Source: Alkalispirochaeta sp.
GTDB lineage: Bacteria > Spirochaetota > Spirochaetia > DSM-27196 > Alkalispirochaetaceae
NCBI GenBank assembly: GCA_965242725.1
Contig: CBDESZ010000030.1
Coordinates: 84,240 to 148,239, forward strand
DNA length: 64,000 nucleotides
Direction: 5' to 3'
In this document: piece after piece, positions 58,715 through 64,000 of the stretch
How positions within the stretch are numbered: the stretch's first letter is position 1
How the letters are laid out: every line of letters starts with the position of its first letter
Program-made: the position numbers and the translations under genes
Notes under the pieces: model-generated
Database searches by the model: none
What the model saw: only the letters and a program-made list of their open reading frames with translations
Told to the model about the DNA's origin: nothing

Positions 58715-59760
58715 CGCAACTCCTCCGGGGTAACTGCAATGATTTTGTCCCCGCGCAACCGATTCCAGAATTCCAGGGGAGCCCTTTTTGACAGGCTTTC
58801 CACATTTTCAGCGATACGTTCCGGCCTGGTCGTGTTCATCGCGATCGAACCGACCGCATCGGGGGCAAAGCCGAACTCTACGCATGCATCGGCAGGAGTG
58901 ACGTCATATTGCCGGCATATTTCAAAGAATCGGTTTCTCCATTCATACAGTTCCCCGTCGGATTCAGGAGTGACCCGTTTATAGTCGAAGTAGGATCCAC
59001 CGACAAGAAAACCTGAATTGAAGAGCGCTGAATTGATCACGTAAATACCTGAGCGTTTGAGCTCGTTGATGAAATGCAGCAGATCTTCCGGGTGGGTCCG
59101 GATCGTAAAACTGCCTGCAAGCATCACCCAGTCAAGCTCCACCTCCTGGACAAGTTCACGAATGACGGTCCACTCTTTTGAACCGATTCCTATAGCCGTC
59201 GCGTTGCCCTCATTTTTCAGCTCCTTGAGAGCCCGGTAGGCTTCCCGAATATCGTCGAGCCTTTTCAGCCTCTCGGCGGGAGAAACGGAGGCGGCGAGAT
59301 ACTCATCGGGATCGTGAATGGAAAGCAATTGCGCACGGAATGGAGCACCGAGGAGATCGTTCCCCTGTTTCCAGCAATCACGGATACCTTTATAATTGAT
59401 AGCCTGAACCGCGTCATGGTCCAGATTTTTCCAGACTCCCGGTTCAAAGGTCGGTTCCGCAGCGGTAAGGGGAACGCGCTTCCACCCGAGTTTATTGCTG
59501 ATGATCACATCGTCCGGTGAAACCTCGAGAGAACGAAGTGCGTCGCCGATCTCTTCAAGTGCCAGTCCGGCGCCGTACTTGCCGGCGCTGTCGATACACA
59601 CCGGAGGAGTCGTCTTCTGAAACCAGTTTCCGACGATCGCCCGCTTCGCGGGGACGTCAAGCTCCTGATAGAGATTCCCCAGCGCACTGCTTCCGAAGAT
59701 CAGCTGCGGCAACTCGAGGACGGTACCGCCGGCCCCCTTCTGCGCGTTCCTAACCACCAT
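58711..59760 (-). CDS. Aldo/keto reductase, D-threo-aldose (L-fucose/L-galactose/D-arabinose) dehydrogenase-like; start uncertain
   Basis: FGSSALGNLY, DSAGKYGAGLALE, ISNKLG, IHDPD, FNSGFL. Confidence 0.8.
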   Translation of the reverse strand: MVVRNAQKGAGGTVLELPQLIFGSSALGNLYQELDVPAKRAIVGNWFQKTTPPVCIDSAGKYGAGLALEEIGDALRSLEVSPDDVIISNKLGWKRVPLTAAEPTFEPGVWKNLDHDAVQAINYKGIRDCWKQGNDLLGAPFRAQLLSIHDPDEYLAASVSPAERLKRLDDIREAYRALKELKNEGNATAIGIGSKEWTVIRELVQEVELDWVMLAGSFTIRTHPEDLLHFINELKRSGIYVINSALFNSGFLVGGSYFDYKRVTPESDGELYEWRNRFFEICRQYDVTPADACVEFGFAPDAVGSIAMNTTRPERIAENVESLSKRAPLEFWNRLRGDKIIAVTPEELR

Positions 59761-59802
59761 CAGTTGATTCTTGATCGGGTTTTCCCGATTGGCAATGCGC
59801 GA

Positions 59803-59831
59803 TTTACGCATATCGTATGTGATTTTACGCA
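59803..59831. promoter_or_regulatory. AraC/XylR-type direct repeats
   Basis: TTTACGCA at 59803 and 59824 (21-bp period) between the divergent dehydrogenase and regulator genes. Confidence 0.5.
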
Positions 59832-59863
59832 AACGACTGGAGATATCCGGTACAATACAGGAA

Positions 59864-61000
59864 ATGAAACGCATCGCTCTGGCAATGGGATTGTCCGATT
59901 ATTATGACCACGGAATAGCCCGTGGTATCGTACGCTACGCAAAAGGACAGGCGGACTGGCAACTGTACGGACACGGATGGATGTTTTCGCCCCTTGAGGA
60001 TCTCTCGTCGTGGAGCGGCGACGGTGTCATTGCCCGGGTCGAATTTGAAGATGACGCCCGGCATCTCGCGGAACTCCGATGCCCCGTGGTGGATGTGGCG
60101 AACGCCTTTCCCTACACGGGAATACACAGCGTATCAAACGACGACGAGGAAACGGGCCGTCTTGCGGCACGTCACTTTCGCAGAAACGGTTTTTCCACAT
60201 TTGCCTATTGCGGGGTCTCTCCGGCAGAATGGTCGCGACAGCGTCTGAAGGGATTCAGAGAGGAGGCGGGTACGAATGAAATTCCAACCTTTGAACGCCC
60301 GCTCCACTGGTGGCTTGAAGAGTCGTACAGCCTTGAACTGGCACTTTTCCTCGCCCGGCTGCCAAAGCCAGCAGCCCTGTTCGCGTGCAACGACAAGGTC
60401 GGTCTCCGGGTAAGCAGTGTCTGTGCCAATGAGGGTTTTGCCGTTCCCGACGACATCGCAATCCTCGGTGTGGACAACGAGGATATCCCGTGCGAACTTG
60501 CAAATCCTTCCCTCTCCTCCGTGGAACTCCGTCTTGAAGAGATCGGCACCCGTGCGGCGTACACGCTGCGCCTGCTCATGGAAGGATCCCGCGACGCGAC
60601 GACGCCCAGGCGGGAGAACGGGGTGCCTCCGTCGGATGTGGTTGAGCGCAGATCGACCGCCACCTACGCCAGCGACAATCCCCTGGTAGTGGAACTCTTC
60701 CGGGCGATTCGCTCCGACGGCGGCCATTTGAAAAGCGTCCCCGATGTCGTATCGGAACTCGCCGTCGGACGACGCACCCTGGAAACCCACTTCAAGAAGG
60801 AGACGGGGTACTCCCTCCATCAGGCGCTTATTGCGGAAAAGATACGGGTGGCGTGCCATCTGCTCCGGACAACAAGTGACAAGATCGAGTCGATCGCCGT
60901 TGCAGCGGGGTTTCACTCAACCCAACGTTTTTTTGCCCACTTTCGCCGTCTGACCGGGACCACACCGGCCCGATTCCGCAGCGGTGACAACGCGGTGTAA
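59864..61000 (+). CDS. XylR-type regulator (PBP sensor + AraC HTH)
   Basis: GDGVIAR, ALFACND, ILGVDNE, LSSV; C-terminal RRTLETHFK...AGF...FRRLTGTTPARFR. Confidence 0.9.
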   Translation: MKRIALAMGLSDYYDHGIARGIVRYAKGQADWQLYGHGWMFSPLEDLSSWSGDGVIARVEFEDDARHLAELRCPVVDVANAFPYTGIHSVSNDDEETGRLAARHFRRNGFSTFAYCGVSPAEWSRQRLKGFREEAGTNEIPTFERPLHWWLEESYSLELALFLARLPKPAALFACNDKVGLRVSSVCANEGFAVPDDIAILGVDNEDIPCELANPSLSSVELRLEEIGTRAAYTLRLLMEGSRDATTPRRENGVPPSDVVERRSTATYASDNPLVVELFRAIRSDGGHLKSVPDVVSELAVGRRTLETHFKKETGYSLHQALIAEKIRVACHLLRTTSDKIESIAVAAGFHSTQRFFAHFRRLTGTTPARFRSGDNAV

Positions 61001-61073
61001 ATCGCTGCCCGTGGTGGCGGGGAGAGACGCTTTTCGCCTTCCCGAGAACGACTGAACCCGCTATATTTCCCCT

Positions 61074-61349
61074 ATGGAATGGCGTGCAAGTCACATACTG
61101 GTCAAGGAGAAAGGGCTCGCGGAACAGGTCCTCAAGAAACTGAAGAGCGGGGCCCGCTTTGACGCGCTGGCAAAGGAGTTTTCAACCTGTCCCAGCAAAT
61201 CAAAAGGGGGCGATCTGGGGTGGTTCGGCCCCGGGAAGATGGTCAAACCCTTTGAAGAAGCGGTTATAAAACTTCGACAGGGAAAGATTTCCGGTGTCGT
61301 CCGCACCCAGTTTGGCTATCACATCATTAAAAAGACCGGCGAGCGCTGA
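61074..61349 (+). CDS. ppiC: Parvulin-type peptidyl-prolyl isomerase
   Basis: ASHILVK, FDALAKEFSTCPSKSKGGDLGWF, MVKPFE, TQFGYHII. Confidence 0.93.
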   Translation: MEWRASHILVKEKGLAEQVLKKLKSGARFDALAKEFSTCPSKSKGGDLGWFGPGKMVKPFEEAVIKLRQGKISGVVRTQFGYHIIKKTGER

Positions 61350-61351
61350 TT

Positions 61352-62053
61352 TCAGGGTTCTTCGCCCCAGGCGATTTCTATTCCGACAATAGCCGCTATC
61401 TCGTTGAGGTCGTCACTGTCGTGATAGATTCCCGGTGCCCGCAGCGCCGTCACCTCTCCGTCGGAGCGGACAAAGCGCGTCGCCTCATGTCTGGCGGCGC
61501 TGACGGTGAGCCCCGATTGGTCAAAATCAATGATCCCGTGACAGGTACATACATAGGTGGTGTCGGGGTCTTCAATTTTGACAAAGAACACGGTGCCGCG
61601 AACGCCTGCAACTGTTGACGGTGTTCGCACGATAAACGTGTCGTCAGGTCCCGTTCCGATCGATTCCAGACCTTCAAAGACCGCGCTCACCGTGCCGCGC
61701 CGGATATCCAGCCCGACCGCGGGATCGGACAAATCCATGACCATAACGGTGTCTTCCGATACCCTCAATGCGTTTCCCGATCCAAAGACGATATCGACGG
61801 TGCCGTCGGACCCTGTTCTGACGGTGCTTCCGGGATCCAGGGACATGCCGATAAGGGCTTCATCGCCGTCGACGGTCACCTCTCCGACGAGGAATTCTAT
61901 CCTCGCTGCGGATTCATCGGATCGCGCAGGTTCCGCAGGTTCAACTCGGGACTCCCCTTCCCCGCCGGCAAACAGGGAGGGAGCAACTGCAATTAGGCAG
62001 AGGGGCAGCAGGAAACGGGAGATCCCTCCCGTCAATGTGCGATCACGTTTCAT
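61352..62053 (-). CDS. FecR-domain exported protein
   Basis: Signal LFAGG; TVRTGSDG, VRTPSTVAGVRGTVF FecR motif. Confidence 0.8.
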   Translation of the reverse strand: MKRDRTLTGGISRFLLPLCLIAVAPSLFAGGEGESRVEPAEPARSDESAARIEFLVGEVTVDGDEALIGMSLDPGSTVRTGSDGTVDIVFGSGNALRVSEDTVMVMDLSDPAVGLDIRRGTVSAVFEGLESIGTGPDDTFIVRTPSTVAGVRGTVFFVKIEDPDTTYVCTCHGIIDFDQSGLTVSAARHEATRFVRSDGEVTALRAPGIYHDSDDLNEIAAIVGIEIAWGEEP

Positions 62054-62151
62054 AGGAACAGTATATCACTTACAGCGCATATGCCTGACACTAAAACCGG
62101 GATTTCCCAGGCCGTGACAATTCAGAAGGGGGATAAGTATTATCTATTGAT

Positions 62152-64000
62152 ATGAGCCTCAAGGAAGATGCGCTGCGCTATCACCGCGACGGCACCCCGG
62201 GAAAACTGGAAATCGCCCCTACCAAGCCGCTGACGACGCAATACGATCTCTCCCTCGCGTATTCGCCGGGAGTCGCCGAACCGTGCCTGGCCATTGCGGA
62301 GAACAGTGACGAGAGCTTCACCTTCACGGCACGAGGAAACCTCGTCGCCGTGATCTCCGACGGGTCGGCGGTGCTTGGATTGGGAAATATCGGTCCCGAC
62401 GCCTCCAAACCGGTCATGGAGGGCAAGGCGGTACTCTTCAAACGCTTTGCCGGCGTGGACGGAGTCGATCTGGAAATTCGGCGCAGCAGCGTCGACCAGT
62501 TTGTGGAGACCGTCGCCGCCCTGGAGCCGAGCTTCGGCGGCATCAATCTGGAAGACATAAAGGCGCCCGAGTGCTTTGAAATCGAGCGTCGCCTGAAGGA
62601 GCGCATGGCCATTCCGGTTATGCATGACGATCAGCACGGTACGGCAATCATCACCGGCGCCGCCCTGGTCAACGCCTGCGAGATCGCCGGGAAACGGATG
62701 AACGAACTCAGGGTTGTCGTCGTCGGAGCCGGCGCGGCCGCGCTGGCGTGTACAAGGTTTTTCCTGACCCTGGGGGTGCAACGGGAACAGGTGGTGATGT
62801 TTGACCGGGACGGCGTCATCAAATCGGGGAGCGACAATGCGGCGGCGGAGTTCGGTACCACCCGGTCGGTCACGACGATCAGGGAGGCACTGAAGGAGGC
62901 GGACGTACTGCTGGGACTGTCGGCGGGAAACATTCTATCCCCCGAGGATATCGCCGGCATGGCGGCGCGGCCGATTATCTTTGCCCTCGCAAATCCGACA
63001 CCGGAAATCGATCCCGAGACTGCCAGGACGGCACGACCGGACTCCCTCATCGCCACCGGACGCAGCGACACCGCCAACCAGGTCAATAACGTCCTCGGCT
63101 TTCCCTACATCTTCCGGGGGGCCCTCGACGTGGGCGCACGGGAGATAAATGACGCGATGAAAATCGCCGCGACACATGCGATCGCCGCACTGGCGCGGCA
63201 GCCCGTCCCGGAAGGCGTAAGCCGCGTCTATGCCGGCGAACGCCTCTCATTCGGACCTGATTACTTCATTCCCAAACCTCTGGACCCGCGGCTCATAACC
63301 ACCATTGCCCCGGCGGTGGCGCAGGCCGCAATTGATACGGGCGTTGCCAGACGCACGATAGAGGATTGGCCCCCACTATCACGCCGAGCTGCTTGAACGC
63401 GTCGGCATGGGACAGAAACTCATCACCGGGATCGTTGCCCAGGCGCGGCGGGAGCCGAAGCGCGTCGTATTTCCGGAAGCGACGGATTACGAAGTTCTCA
63501 AGGCGGCGGAAATGGCGGTCGCCCAGGGCATCGCAAAGCCCGTCCTGCTCGGCCCGGTCATGGAGCTGCGGGGAATGATCAACCGGCACGGTCTGGAGGA
63601 ACTGCAGGACGCGGATATTCTCGATCCCGCCGCTGAATCAGGGCGAATAGAACGGTTTGCGGTACGCCTCTTTGAACGCCGGCGGCGCAGGGGTATGACG
63701 CTGTATGAGGCACGTCGTCTCCTGGGGGAATACGATTTCTTTGCGGCCGCCCTCGTGGAAGCGGGTGAGGCCGATGCCGTCGTCACCGGACGTACCCGTC
63801 CCTATCCCGGCGGCATTAAACCGATGCTGCAGGTGATCGGTACGGCCGAGAACGTCGGACGCGTCTCGGGAATGTACGTGGTCAACACGCGGCGGGGCAC
63901 CTACTTCTTTGCGGACACGACGGTCAACGAGAACCCGGACCTGGAAGCGCTTATGGATATCATCGAACTGACGATCCGCCGGGTACGGGACTTTGATGTA
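62152..64000 (+). pseudogene. maeB: NADP-dependent malic enzyme (ME + PTA domain), frameshifted near 63370 and truncated by the window end; may be a sequencing error
   Basis: [46 protein letters not shown]; the PTA domain (KRVVFPEA...GEADAVVTG) continues in the +1 frame after the C5 run at 63370-63374. Confidence 0.85.

Noticed and set aside
1..64000. tRNA, rRNA, CRISPR array, prophage or known anti-phage defence genes
   Set aside because: None recognisable by eye; covariance-model and HMM searches were not possible

Overview
GC-rich bacterial chromosomal segment, probably from a free-living spirochaete (inferred from FAxGxxE-type exported-protein N-termini and gene content; not verifiable here). 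In order: (1) 0.3-6.7 kb chromate/arsenic detoxification island (chrA, SigZ-like ECF sigma, arsM, DUF318 permease, small thioredoxin-like protein, arsR, arsC, acr3); (2) a GDPD and an orphan Wzz-like gene; (3) 9.6-13.4 kb tightly coupled six-gene minus-strand operon: a secreted precursor with Sec signal + double-glycine-type leader + Cys/His domain, two paralogous LRR-like proteins, a stand-alone C39 peptidase, a putative beta-barrel and a lipoprotein (candidate undescribed processing/export or toxin-immunity system); (4) DUF2239, a TolC/MacAB-type efflux operon and hcp; (5) a ~40 kb carbohydrate catabolism region with two sugar ABC transporters, LacI, two DeoR and one XylR-like regulator, twin cupin proteins with lyxK-like/ulaE, an IS1-like element, and fucI/fucU/FGGY kinase with no aldolase but linked to SorE-like, SrlD-like, MtlD-like, PHP and fused E1(alpha-beta)/E2 genes (candidate aldolase-independent 6-deoxyhexose pathway); (6) ppiC, a FecR-domain gene and a frameshifted maeB running off the window end. 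No rRNA, tRNA or CRISPR array was seen. All product calls come from motif recognition by eye; no database search was run.
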